Source of the DNA: Gammaproteobacteria bacterium
Lineage (GTDB): Bacteria; Pseudomonadota; Gammaproteobacteria; GCA-001735895
Length of the DNA stretch: 64,000 nt
Assembly (NCBI GenBank): GCA_050298595.1
Contig: JBNKUM010000062.1
Coordinates: 42,048 to 106,047, forward strand
Direction of reading: 5' to 3'
Position numbers and translations under genes: made by a program. Below are positions 52,606 to 62,358 of this stretch, in pieces; position 1 is the stretch's first letter, and each line of letters opens with the position of its first letter. Under the pieces are notes generated by a model that saw only the letters and a program-made list of their open reading frames with translations, was not told where the DNA came from and ran no database searches.

Positions 52606-53399
52606 CAGCTAAACAGATATCTCTCGCTATAGTTTTATTCCTGCTGACTTTTCTGTTTGGGTTGGTCGTGAATATGCCCGCTATCCAGCTTTTTCAGGTC
52701 ATCAAGATGCCTGAACAGGTTAAAATTCAGGGGCTTCAGGGGACGATCACTAGCGGGCAGATAGACCGGATGCTTGTTCAGGGGTATTCGTTGAGCCGGG
52801 TTGAATACAGGATTCAGTCATCTTGCTTTTTCAAACTGGCCTTATGTTATCAGCTTTTGTCAGAGGATGATGGTCTAGATATCAACCTGCAATATTCATT
52901 GATTCTGCAGGGTATTAGAATAACTGACAGTCTTATAGACCTGCCAGCCTCATTTTTCAAAATGATACCTAATTTGCCGGTCAGACCGGCTGGTCTATTC
53001 AAAATAAATATTGAAAACCTGCAGTTAGATGCCGCTTTTAAGTTGGAAGATATTAAAGCCCAGGTAGAATGGGTTAATGCAGGTGTGCAGGGAGAAGATC
53101 AGGTTATTGGTAACTATATGGCTACCATAAAGCCATCCAGAGATGGGATTGATGTGGCCTTAAGTGATCGAGATAGCCTTTTGGGCCTGAAAGGAAGTGT
53201 GAGTCTCAATTGGCAGGGGGAATATGACTCTGATCTTGAGTTTCAGAAAAGAAACGGACTCAATCCCTCGATAGTTAGCATCCTTGATATATCAGCTAAA
53301 AAGTCGGGGTTGAATCAGTATCGGCTGAAAAACAAGGGGCGGCTGCCAGTTAATATTTCCAGTACGTGGATGAAATATGCACCAAATAGCCAAAAATAG
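52602..53399 (+). CDS. gspN: Type II secretion protein N
   Basis: N-terminal TM, MPA, GLQGTITSG; last gsp gene. Confidence 0.78.
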   Translation: MTAKQISLAIVLFLLTFLFGLVVNMPAIQLFQVIKMPEQVKIQGLQGTITSGQIDRMLVQGYSLSRVEYRIQSSCFFKLALCYQLLSEDDGLDINLQYSLILQGIRITDSLIDLPASFFKMIPNLPVRPAGLFKINIENLQLDAAFKLEDIKAQVEWVNAGVQGEDQVIGNYMATIKPSRDGIDVALSDRDSLLGLKGSVSLNWQGEYDSDLEFQKRNGLNPSIVSILDISAKKSGLNQYRLKNKGRLPVNISSTWMKYAPNSQK

Positions 53400-53411
53400 T
53401 AACTCTGGTTG

Positions 53412-53498
53412 TATGATCTTGATCACATATATAGTGATATAAGTATAAGTGTAAGCTGCAACTTTATATAACTTGGGCTAAATGTGAGCTGCTTAACA
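53412..53498 (+). promoter_or_regulatory. Two CRP/Vfr-like boxes upstream of the EPS/PEP-CTERM locus
   Basis: TATGA-N6-TCACA (53412-53427) and TGTGA-N6-TAACA (53483-53498), one mismatch each. Confidence 0.45.
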
Positions 53499-53554
53499 GA
53501 CTCTCAACAATAAAGTTCTAAAATCCATTCATCTTAATAAATGGATTTGGTTTC

Positions 53555-53965
53555 ATGGTGTTTTCTATCTTCAGTCAATCAAGTTTTGCTTCAAGGCTAA
53601 CAGATCTGCTAGTTCTAATAGTATCGTTTTTGTTATTTGTGGCTTTGATGGATTTAAAAGTAACCTCTCAACTTTTGGTTGAAATGTCTTTTTATGTTTC
53701 AGTCGTGTTTATCTGTCTTCGTTTTGCACGGCGGTTTATTTTTGAAAATTTTCATTACAAAACTAGAGTTCTGAAAGTACTACTGGGCAATATCTCAGGA
53801 CTAGTATCTGGTGTTGTTATGATCATTCTTGTAGGACAATTAATTCCTGTTTTTTCGCAAAGTGTTGTTGTCGTAGTTTTTTCCTCGATTTTGGCTTTTT
53901 TTATCCTTGGTACACTTTCTCCGCTGATTAAATCTTCAAATTATGATAGGATTATCCATCATTAG
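53555..53965 (+). CDS. Hypothetical 4-TM membrane protein
   Basis: 136 aa, four hydrophobic segments, first gene of the EPS locus. Confidence 0.7.
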   Translation: MVFSIFSQSSFASRLTDLLVLIVSFLLFVALMDLKVTSQLLVEMSFYVSVVFICLRFARRFIFENFHYKTRVLKVLLGNISGLVSGVVMIILVGQLIPVFSQSVVVVVFSSILAFFILGTLSPLIKSSNYDRIIHH

Positions 53966-54002
53966 AATAATCTATTAAACAATCTTGAGGTAACTCCCCG
54001 GC

Positions 54003-55412
54003 ATGGCATCAGTTCGGGTTTTCAGATCTTATTTAAAAACGCCATTCCTAATTTTATTGTCAGTTGAAGTCTGTTTGATTTTCTTCTCTGTATATATCTC
54101 GAGTTATCTGCGTTACATCAATTCTACAAATCAATTCCTGAGCATGGTTGATGGTCTCTGGATTCAGTCTTCGATTTTCGCAGTAATCACGCCGATAGTG
54201 ATGCTGGCTACAGGTTTATACCAGGGGCATATACGTGAAGGTATGCCGGGGATCTTGCTAAGGCTATTGATCAGTTTGATGGCTTCCAGTTTACTGGTTG
54301 TAACCATTTTTTATCTTTTCCCTGATTTATATATTGGACGTAGCATCATGGCCCTGGCCGGAGTTCTGGCCTTTTTCATTATTGGAACTGTTAGAGCCAT
54401 ATTTTTCGAACTGGTTGATACCAACACATTTAAAAAGCGAGTGCTGATTTATGGGGCAGGGAAAGCCGCTAAGCAAATTGAATCGCGATTAAGAAGGAAG
54501 TCAGATCGACGTTCATTTACTATATTTGGTTATATTCTGCTCGATCATCAGGAGCAGTTAAAGGCAGTTGATGAGAATAAAATTGTTACACCCACCAGTA
54601 GTCTATACGAATATGCCGTAGAAAATGATATAGATGAAATTGTAGTTGCGACCTCAGATATACAGGCAGAAATACCTGTGGATGATCTGGTTGTGTGTAA
54701 ATTAAATGGTATTGAAGTAGTAGATATACTGACTTTTTTTGAACGAGAAGTGGGTCAGATTCGAGTCGATTTTATGGAGCCACGCTGGTTGATTTTTTCA
54801 GAAGGCTTCAAGCAGTCTACAATCAGTGATCATATCAAGAGATTATTCGATCTTATTTCAAGCTTTATTCTGCTATTGGTGGCCTCGCCATTTATGATTC
54901 TGACTATCTTCGCGATTAAATTAGAAGAAGGATTCTCTGCCCCTGTTTTCTACCATCAGATCAGAGTGGGTAAGGGAGGGGCTCAATTCAAGGTTTATAA
55001 ATTCCGAAGTATGCGTACTGATGCTGAGGCCAGCGGTGCTGTATGGGCTACCAAAACGGATAGTCGAGTTACCAAAGTGGGCGCTTTCATTCGTAAAACC
55101 CGAATCGACGAGTTGCCGCAGATCTATAACGCACTCAATGGTTCAATGAGTTTTGTCGGTCCTCGACCCGAGCGCCCGGAATTTGTTGAAACTCTGGCCA
55201 GTGAAATCCCTTATTATCATGATAGACATCTGGTAAAACCAGGGATAACCGGGTGGGCACAGTTAATGTATCCCTATGGCGCATCAGTAAGCGATTCTTA
55301 CCAAAAACAGCTGTATGATCTTTATTATATTAAGAACCGATCAATCTTCCTTGATTTTCTGATTTTATTACAGACAGTTGAAATCGTATTGTTTGGCAAA
55401 GGTGCTCGATGA
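54003..55412 (+). CDS. XrtA/PEP-CTERM system sugar transferase (priming glycosyltransferase)
   Basis: KRLFDL, KFRSM, RIDELPQ, MSFVGPRPERP, KPGITGWAQ; upstream of prsK. Confidence 0.92.
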   Translation: MASVRVFRSYLKTPFLILLSVEVCLIFFSVYISSYLRYINSTNQFLSMVDGLWIQSSIFAVITPIVMLATGLYQGHIREGMPGILLRLLISLMASSLLVVTIFYLFPDLYIGRSIMALAGVLAFFIIGTVRAIFFELVDTNTFKKRVLIYGAGKAAKQIESRLRRKSDRRSFTIFGYILLDHQEQLKAVDENKIVTPTSSLYEYAVENDIDEIVVATSDIQAEIPVDDLVVCKLNGIEVVDILTFFEREVGQIRVDFMEPRWLIFSEGFKQSTISDHIKRLFDLISSFILLLVASPFMILTIFAIKLEEGFSAPVFYHQIRVGKGGAQFKVYKFRSMRTDAEASGAVWATKTDSRVTKVGAFIRKTRIDELPQIYNALNGSMSFVGPRPERPEFVETLASEIPYYHDRHLVKPGITGWAQLMYPYGASVSDSYQKQLYDLYYIKNRSIFLDFLILLQTVEIVLFGKGAR

Positions 55413-55503
55413 AGACTGTTGATAGTGAATTCTCGGTAAATCGCCTGAAATATTGATCTTTTACCAGCCTTGTTAATAGTAAAAACCGAACGGTCCGCAT
55501 AAA

Positions 55504-57588
55504 TTGGAAATTAATCTATCAATTGGGTTTATCAGTTATGTTTCCAGTGCATTATTCTCGTTATTTCTGCTAATCATTTATTTTATCGGGATTCAAAAGG
55601 GTCAGAAGGGTAAACCTTATCTGCTGCTGGTAGTTGCTACGCTGGTGTGGAGTATTCTGCTGATCATGAGTCAGATTGGAGCTTCAAAAGCATTTGACTT
55701 GATTATGGTGGCTGAGTTACTGCGCTATTATACCTGGTTTTATGTGCTCCAAATTGCATCAGGTCGACAATTTGAACAGTGGTTCAAATTTTCATTATCC
55801 GATCCACTTTCTCCTGTCAATATCTCAATATTATTTCTGATCGCCCTGATAGTGGTTTTGTTCAATGAATCGTTATCAAAGATATTCCTGATCAATAATC
55901 CAATATATATTCAGATTGCTTTAATGCTACTCCTCTCTGTACTGGGTTTATTATTGGTGGAACAACTCTATCGCAATACTCCTCAGGCTGAACGTTGGAC
56001 TGTAAATTTTTTATGTATCAGCTCTGGTGCAATTTTTTGTTATGATTTTTTTGTCTACTCCAATGCGTTCCTTATGCAAAATCTGGATTATGAATTCTGG
56101 AGCGCACGGGGTTTGGTCAATGCGGTGATGATGCCGTTAGTTGTTTTAGCTGCAGTACGTAGCCCACAATTGGCGCCCAAGATACATGTTTCCAGAACTT
56201 TTATTTTCCATTCGTCAACATTACTGGCAACAGGTATCTATTTGATTCTGATGTCGCTGGCGGGTTTTTATATACGTCAATTTGGTGGAGAGTGGGGTAA
56301 GGTACTACAGGCACTTTTTCTTTTTGCGGCCATCGTTATCCTGGCTTTTGTGTTTTTTTCCTCATCCATCAAAACCCGTATCAAACGCTATCTTGTATAT
56401 AGTTTTCGTAACAAATACGATTATCGTGAGGAATGGAATCGATTTTCGCAGACCATTTTACTCTCAGATTCCGGTGAGTCGATCTATCAAAGATCCCTCA
56501 AGGCAGTAGCGCAAATAGTTGAAAGTGAGGGTGCATCACTGTGGATCAAAAATGACCAGGAATATAGTTTGGTTGCTGAGTACCGTGAGTTGGATAAGTT
56601 ACCTGAGACTGAAATGGGTAGTTCAATATTGATCGATTTTATCCATAAAAATCACTGCCTTTTTAGCCAGAAGGAATTTGATGATTATGCGCGAAAAAAC
56701 ACCTCTGAAGAACATTGGTTTTTACAATCAAAAAATAGCTGGCTGATTATACCCCTGTGGATAGGGCAGAATCTATTTGGCTTTGTCCAACTTCAAAAGT
56801 CCATTGTTGGGATGGATTTAGATATAGAAGACCAGGATTTACTCACCACGGTTGCCCATCATGTTGCCTTATCTCTTTCCTTGAAAGAAACAGACCTGGC
56901 ATTACAACAAGCGCAAAGGTTTGAAGAAGTCAATCAAATTACAGCATTTCTGGTTCACGATTTGAAAACAGTGCTGAGTCAGTTAACCCTGATGGTCGAG
57001 AATGGTAAGGTACATAAAAATAACCCCGCTTTTATTGATGATATGTTTAATACGGTAGAACATGTTGCGAGTAAGATGCAACGCCTGGTCCAACAGTTAA
57101 AATCTCCAGACCAGAAACCAATAAAGAAAACAACCAGGATTGTAGAAGTTGTCAAGGGTATAGTGTCCAGTTACCAGCATCATGAAATTCAGCCGGTACT
57201 TGAGATTCCGGACGGTCTGAATCCGCTATTAGAATGCAACGAAGAAAACCTGACTTCCGCGATTAAGCACATCGTACAAAATGCGCTAGAATCATGTGAT
57301 AGAAATGGTCAGGTTCGGTTGCAGTTATCATCTGATAGACCTGATGAAGCTTTGTTGAAAGTGATTGATACTGGTAAGGGCATGACGCGAGAATTTATCA
57401 AAGACCGCTTATTCCAGCCATTTGATAGCACCAAGGGCGTTTCTGGCATGGGCGTGGGGGTTTACCAGAGCCGGGAGTTTTTACGTTCGATTCAAGGCGA
57501 CCTGACTGTTTACAGTAATCCCGGTGAAGGAACCACCTTTACTTTAAGATTTCCGCTTAACAATGACAAAAAAACTATTAATTATTGA
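55504..57588 (+). CDS. prsK: PEP-CTERM system histidine kinase PrsK
   Basis: Multi-TM N-terminus, KYDYREEW, GAF, AFLVHDLK, NPAFIDDM, LFQPFDSTKGVSGMGVGVYQSRE. Confidence 0.92.
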   Translation: MEINLSIGFISYVSSALFSLFLLIIYFIGIQKGQKGKPYLLLVVATLVWSILLIMSQIGASKAFDLIMVAELLRYYTWFYVLQIASGRQFEQWFKFSLSDPLSPVNISILFLIALIVVLFNESLSKIFLINNPIYIQIALMLLLSVLGLLLVEQLYRNTPQAERWTVNFLCISSGAIFCYDFFVYSNAFLMQNLDYEFWSARGLVNAVMMPLVVLAAVRSPQLAPKIHVSRTFIFHSSTLLATGIYLILMSLAGFYIRQFGGEWGKVLQALFLFAAIVILAFVFFSSSIKTRIKRYLVYSFRNKYDYREEWNRFSQTILLSDSGESIYQRSLKAVAQIVESEGASLWIKNDQEYSLVAEYRELDKLPETEMGSSILIDFIHKNHCLFSQKEFDDYARKNTSEEHWFLQSKNSWLIIPLWIGQNLFGFVQLQKSIVGMDLDIEDQDLLTTVAHHVALSLSLKETDLALQQAQRFEEVNQITAFLVHDLKTVLSQLTLMVENGKVHKNNPAFIDDMFNTVEHVASKMQRLVQQLKSPDQKPIKKTTRIVEVVKGIVSSYQHHEIQPVLEIPDGLNPLLECNEENLTSAIKHIVQNALESCDRNGQVRLQLSSDRPDEALLKVIDTGKGMTREFIKDRLFQPFDSTKGVSGMGVGVYQSREFLRSIQGDLTVYSNPGEGTTFTLRFPLNNDKKTINY

Positions 57589-58933
57589 AGATGACCCTGG
57601 CCTGCAGTCGCAGCTTCGTTGGTGCTTTAGTGACTTTGAGGTTGCACAAGCAACCGATGAAGACAGTGCGCTCAAGGTTATCGAGTCTGATCCGCCGCAA
57701 GTCGTCACTCTGGATCTTGGTTTACCGCCTGATCCAGGTGGGGTGAGTGTGGGTTTTTTGATTCTTGAAAAAATTCTTACAATCAATCCGTCAATTAAGG
57801 TTATCGTGGTAACCGGTCAGGAAGATAGGGTGAATGCCTTGAAAGCGGTGAGCATGGGCGCATACGATTTTTTTAATAAACCAGTCGATCCACAAATTTT
57901 AACCATGGTGGTAGAACGAGCCTATCATCTATTTGTAATTGAGCAGGAAAATGCATCACTTTTATCTCAGCGGAGCAGTTCACCACTGGATGGAATCATC
58001 ACTTCCAGCCCTTCAATGCTAAAAATCTGTGAGATGGTTGAAAAGGTAGCACCTAGTGACCTTGCGGTACTAATACTGGGTGAAAGTGGAACTGGTAAAG
58101 AGGTAATAGCCCGAGCCCTGCACAACCTGAGCCAGTATGCGGATGGGCGCTTTGTCGCGATAAACTGCGCAGCGATCCCTGAGAATCTGCTGGAAAGTGA
58201 GTTATTTGGCCATGAAAAAGGTTCATTCACTGGAGCAACTAGTCAAAAAATAGGTAAGGTTGAAGTTGCTAATGGCGGCACCCTGTTTCTGGACGAGATT
58301 GGAGATATGCCACTCGATTTACAGGCTAAGATGTTACGCTTTTTGCAGGAACGAGTAATCGAACGGGTTGGTGGTACCAAAGAGATCCCAATTAATACCC
58401 GTGTTATCTGCGCTACTCACAGACTGGTAAATGATATGATTTCCCAGGGTAGTTTTCGTGAGGATTTATTCTTCCGTGTTAGTGATATCACGATAGATTT
58501 ACCTCCTTTGCGTGAACGAGATGATGATATCTTGATACTGGCCAATGCTTTCATCGACCGCTATTCAAAGCAACAGGATAAAGTAGTCAAAGGATTAAGT
58601 CATGCAGCAGAAGATGTGTTACTGAATTATGAATGTAAGGGGAACGTTAGAGAGCTGGATAAGATCATCCGTAGAGCGGTAATTATGATGGAAAACTCGT
58701 ACATACAGCCTGAAGATCTTGGGATTCAGGTACAGCCTGATATCATCGAAGATGATGAACATCTGGAAGGAGAGTATAAATTATCAGTCATCAGGAATGT
58801 AGCAGAGAGAAGGGCTATACGACACGCCCTTAAAGAAGCAGATGGCAATATATCGCAGGCGGCGAAATTACTTGATGTGACTCGGCCAACCCTGTATTCC
58901 CTGATCGAACGCCTGAAAATCCAGCTAGACTAG
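57563..58933 (+). CDS. prsR: PEP-CTERM-box sigma54 response regulator PrsR
   Basis: EDDPGLQSQLRW, TLDLGLPPD, GESGTGKE, GSFTGA, Fis-type HTH TRPTLY. Confidence 0.93.
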   Translation: MTKKLLIIEDDPGLQSQLRWCFSDFEVAQATDEDSALKVIESDPPQVVTLDLGLPPDPGGVSVGFLILEKILTINPSIKVIVVTGQEDRVNALKAVSMGAYDFFNKPVDPQILTMVVERAYHLFVIEQENASLLSQRSSSPLDGIITSSPSMLKICEMVEKVAPSDLAVLILGESGTGKEVIARALHNLSQYADGRFVAINCAAIPENLLESELFGHEKGSFTGATSQKIGKVEVANGGTLFLDEIGDMPLDLQAKMLRFLQERVIERVGGTKEIPINTRVICATHRLVNDMISQGSFREDLFFRVSDITIDLPPLRERDDDILILANAFIDRYSKQQDKVVKGLSHAAEDVLLNYECKGNVRELDKIIRRAVIMMENSYIQPEDLGIQVQPDIIEDDEHLEGEYKLSVIRNVAERRAIRHALKEADGNISQAAKLLDVTRPTLYSLIERLKIQLD

Positions 58934-58939
58934 GCGAAG

Positions 58940-58978
58940 TTGATATGAGTCAAACAATATTTTGTGAACCTAGTTACA
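58940..58978 (+). promoter_or_regulatory. FNR-like and CRP-like boxes upstream of the wza-wzz-kinase operon
   Basis: TTGAT-atga-GTCAA (58940-58953) and TGTGA-acctag-TTACA (58963-58978). Confidence 0.4.
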
Positions 58979-59099
58979 GCTTGGAGATATATCTGTAATA
59001 CTCCTTGAATTATAGATGTCAATTGTTACGATACCGATGCCTGAAAATGGCGCATCAAAAAAGGTTTTTTTGATTAACCCTGAGACCCGAATCGATAAG

Positions 59100-59717
59100 A
59101 TGATGAATTTTAAAAGATTAAATTTTGCAGCATTTGCGCTCATTCTGCTAACCCTGCTTGGTTGCTCTTCTACAGGCGGCAATCTGTTACCTCAAAGCGA
59201 AGCGTTAGATTCAACAGAGTATCTAATCGGTCCGGGGGATCAGCTACAAATCTTTGTATGGAGAAACCCAGACTTAAGTTCAAATGTAACGGTAAGACCA
59301 GATGGGAGAATTTCATCACCTTTGATTGATGATTTGGCCGTTGCCAATTTAAGGGCTACCGAAGTGGCGGCCATGATCGAGCTGAATTTATCTACCTATA
59401 TTCGGACACCAAAGGTTACAGTCATCGTTTCCGGATTTCATAGTACATCTGCTCAACAAATCAAGGTAATCGGTAATGCAACAAATCCCAGAACCTTACC
59501 ATACCGAGCCGGGATGACTTTACTTGATGTCATGATCGATGTTCAAGGCCTGTCAGAATTTGCAGATGGTGACAATGCTCAATTGATTAGAAAGGAAAAT
59601 GGTGTGAATAAACAATATACTGTTCAACTTGATTCTTTGATACGTGGAGGAGATATTTCCAAAAACCGCCCAGTGTATCCTGGTGATACCATTATTATTC
59701 CTGAATCCTGGTTCTAG
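59100..59717 (+). CDS. PEP-CTERM system polysaccharide export lipoprotein (Wza-like)
   Basis: Lipobox LLGC, YLIGPGD, VRPDGRIS, C-terminus IIPESWF. Confidence 0.92.
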   Translation: MMNFKRLNFAAFALILLTLLGCSSTGGNLLPQSEALDSTEYLIGPGDQLQIFVWRNPDLSSNVTVRPDGRISSPLIDDLAVANLRATEVAAMIELNLSTYIRTPKVTVIVSGFHSTSAQQIKVIGNATNPRTLPYRAGMTLLDVMIDVQGLSEFADGDNAQLIRKENGVNKQYTVQLDSLIRGGDISKNRPVYPGDTIIIPESWF

Positions 59718-59734
59718 AGAGACGAATATTCTCA

Positions 59735-61303
59735 ATGGAAGAATTAGAAAATCTAAAAGTTCTCGTACTGCATTATGTACGGGGAATATGGAAGAATCGC
59801 TGGATTGCCATCGCTATCGCCTGGCCCTTAATGATCACTGGTGTTATCGTGGTGGATCAAATAAAGGATCGTTATACGGCTGAGACCAAGGTATATATCG
59901 ATTCAACTTCTGTATTAAAACCCTTGCTAAAAGGGCTTGCCATTCAGACAGATTTTGAGGCTAATGTTCGACTGATGGTCAGAAAACTACTAAGTCGTCC
60001 AAACCTTGAACGAGCTGCGCGTATCATGGATCTGGATATTGAGGCGAATACGCCGGAGGATATGGAGAAGCTGATCACTAGAATACGAGATCGTGTAGGC
60101 ATTACAGCTAAGAATCGGACGGATACCTATAGCATTACCTATTCTGATCAGAATCGAAATGTTGCCAAAAAGATGGTACAGACCCTGCTTGATATCTTTG
60201 TTGAGGATACTCTGGGAAAATCGGTCAATGAATCAGATTCGGCAATTGCATTCCTTGATAAGCAAATCGAAAAATACGACCAGTTACTGCAGGAAGCGGA
60301 AAATCGCCGAGAGATGTTCAAGCGTAAGAATGTCGGCTTAATGCCTAAGGATGGTGTAAATTATTATTCTCAACTGCAGCAGATAAATACTGAGCTGGAA
60401 AAAGCTCAACGTGAATTGAATGAATCAATCAACAGACGTAATAAAGTACGATCAGAGCAGGCAAAATTTAATGCACTAGAAGAGATATCTACTCCTGCAA
60501 TCAGTATTTATGATGAACGTATTTTGTCTCAAGAGGCCAAGCTGGATGATCTTTTATTGCTCTATACGGATGAACACCCCGATGTTATCAATGCCCGTAT
60601 GGTGCTGAATTCGCTGATCAAACGACGGGATCAGGATATCAAAGACAATGCCCAAAAGCAGCAAAAGGCGGATAAATCAAACAATCCGGTGTATCAGGAG
60701 TTGCAGATTCTGTTAACTCAAACTGAAGCTGATATCTCTTCATTGAAAGCACGAGTGGCTTCATATCAAGCTAAAAGTGTCGAGTTAAAAAAATTGGTCG
60801 ATATAGTTCCAAAGATTGAAGCAGAGCTGCAAAGGCTAGATCGGGATTATGAAATTCATAAAAAGAACTACAACGATCTGGTGCAAAGACGTGAACAGGC
60901 CAGGATATCCGAAGATGTCCAGTCAGGTACCGATCAAGTCAAATTCAGAATAATTGAGCCACCATTCGTACCGACTAAAGCTGATTTCCCCAATAGACCA
61001 TTATTCGATATGGCTGTACTTATTCTCGCTCTTGGTGCTGGATATGGTGTAGGGCTACTAATATCCCTGTTCCAGCCGGTTTTTTATAATACGGCAGACT
61101 TGAAGAACATGGTTGATTTGCCTATTTTAGGGGCTATCAACAAGTTCGATACTGAAGAAGTTCTTAGCAAGCGCCGCAAGAATCTAATCTATTTTTCGCT
61201 CGCAAATTTCTTTTTCCTCGCAGTTGGTGGTGCTCTTATTTTTCTGCATAGTCGTGATTTTTTATTATTGAGTAGTATCCAGACCAGGGTGTTAGGCTTA
61301 TGA
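59735..61303 (+). CDS. XrtA-system polysaccharide chain length determinant
   Basis: Two TM helices, LSRPNL, YTDEHPDV, coiled coils, FRIIEPP..P..PNR. Confidence 0.9.
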   Translation: MEELENLKVLVLHYVRGIWKNRWIAIAIAWPLMITGVIVVDQIKDRYTAETKVYIDSTSVLKPLLKGLAIQTDFEANVRLMVRKLLSRPNLERAARIMDLDIEANTPEDMEKLITRIRDRVGITAKNRTDTYSITYSDQNRNVAKKMVQTLLDIFVEDTLGKSVNESDSAIAFLDKQIEKYDQLLQEAENRREMFKRKNVGLMPKDGVNYYSQLQQINTELEKAQRELNESINRRNKVRSEQAKFNALEEISTPAISIYDERILSQEAKLDDLLLLYTDEHPDVINARMVLNSLIKRRDQDIKDNAQKQQKADKSNNPVYQELQILLTQTEADISSLKARVASYQAKSVELKKLVDIVPKIEAELQRLDRDYEIHKKNYNDLVQRREQARISEDVQSGTDQVKFRIIEPPFVPTKADFPNRPLFDMAVLILALGAGYGVGLLISLFQPVFYNTADLKNMVDLPILGAINKFDTEEVLSKRRKNLIYFSLANFFFLAVGGALIFLHSRDFLLLSSIQTRVLGL

Positions 61304-62346
61304 GTATTATTTCCAAAGCCTTTAATAAGTTGAAAAGCTCTCGGTCAGTTGATTCTAAGGATCAACTACCACATCCAGGCGCTCAAAAATCTCAGGATCA
61401 TGTCGTTAAAGAGGGTGCTTTGTTCAAAGATAATGAAATCGATGCCTCTATAGTTGATATACTTTTGCATGAAAACCTGATTGAGCAACAAGATAATATC
61501 GATTTATCAAGCCTGGACCTTGAAAATCTTGATTTTGATCTGTCATCTGATGATGAAGATATTACGGGTATATATGGTGAAAATATCCTGTCTATTGATA
61601 CGGTAAAACCATTTTCACACCCGGTTGATCTCGATCTGAATAATCTTAAACGTCAGGGGTTTATTACACCTGATAACGCCAATACAGCACTATCCAACTC
61701 TTTTCGTATGATTAAGCGCCCGATACTGAATAATGTCAGAGGTAAGGGAGCGACAGTTCTGGATAATGCCAATTTAATTATGGTGACAAGTTCTCTAAGT
61801 GAAGAAGGCAAAAGTTTTACAGCGATGAATCTGGCTTTGAGCATCGCAATGGAAAAGAACAGACGCGTGCTATTGATTGATGCGGATATTAACAAACCCT
61901 CACACCATAAAACCTTCGGGCTTGAAATGGAGTATGGGTTGACGGACCTGTTATCAGGTAAGGTTAATGACATGAGTCGGGTGCTACTAAAAACCAATAT
62001 TCCGTCTCTGTCCTTAATGTTTGCAGGAACCTTAACCTCGCACGCAACAGAATTACTGGCCAGTGAAGCGATGGAACAATTTGTAAAAGAAATCTCTACA
62101 CGTTATCCAGACAGGGTCGTGATTTTTGATTCACCTCCTTTACTTCTTACGACTGAGTCTAGTGTTCTTGCGCAGCATATGGGGCAGGTAATTATGGTAA
62201 TCGAAGCTGAAAAAACCCTCCGACATCAGGTTAAGAAAAGTCTTAGCCTGTTACATAATGAAATCGTACTACTGATGTTGAATAAGATGCGTGAAAAAAA
62301 TGAAGACTCAAATTATGGCTACTACGGCTATGGGCATCAGGGTTAA
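61300..62346 (+). CDS. XrtA-associated BY-type tyrosine autokinase
   Basis: FRMIKRP, MVTSSLSEEGKS, LLIDAD, FDSPPLL, C-terminal YGYYGYG cluster. Confidence 0.9.
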   Translation: MSIISKAFNKLKSSRSVDSKDQLPHPGAQKSQDHVVKEGALFKDNEIDASIVDILLHENLIEQQDNIDLSSLDLENLDFDLSSDDEDITGIYGENILSIDTVKPFSHPVDLDLNNLKRQGFITPDNANTALSNSFRMIKRPILNNVRGKGATVLDNANLIMVTSSLSEEGKSFTAMNLALSIAMEKNRRVLLIDADINKPSHHKTFGLEMEYGLTDLLSGKVNDMSRVLLKTNIPSLSLMFAGTLTSHATELLASEAMEQFVKEISTRYPDRVVIFDSPPLLLTTESSVLAQHMGQVIMVIEAEKTLRHQVKKSLSLLHNEIVLLMLNKMREKNEDSNYGYYGYGHQG

Positions 62347-62358
62347 TCTCTCCTTAAT

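Noticed and set aside
59016-59099. Upstream extension of the Wza-like protein
   Set aside because: The lipoprotein signal peptide fits a start at 59100 or 59103
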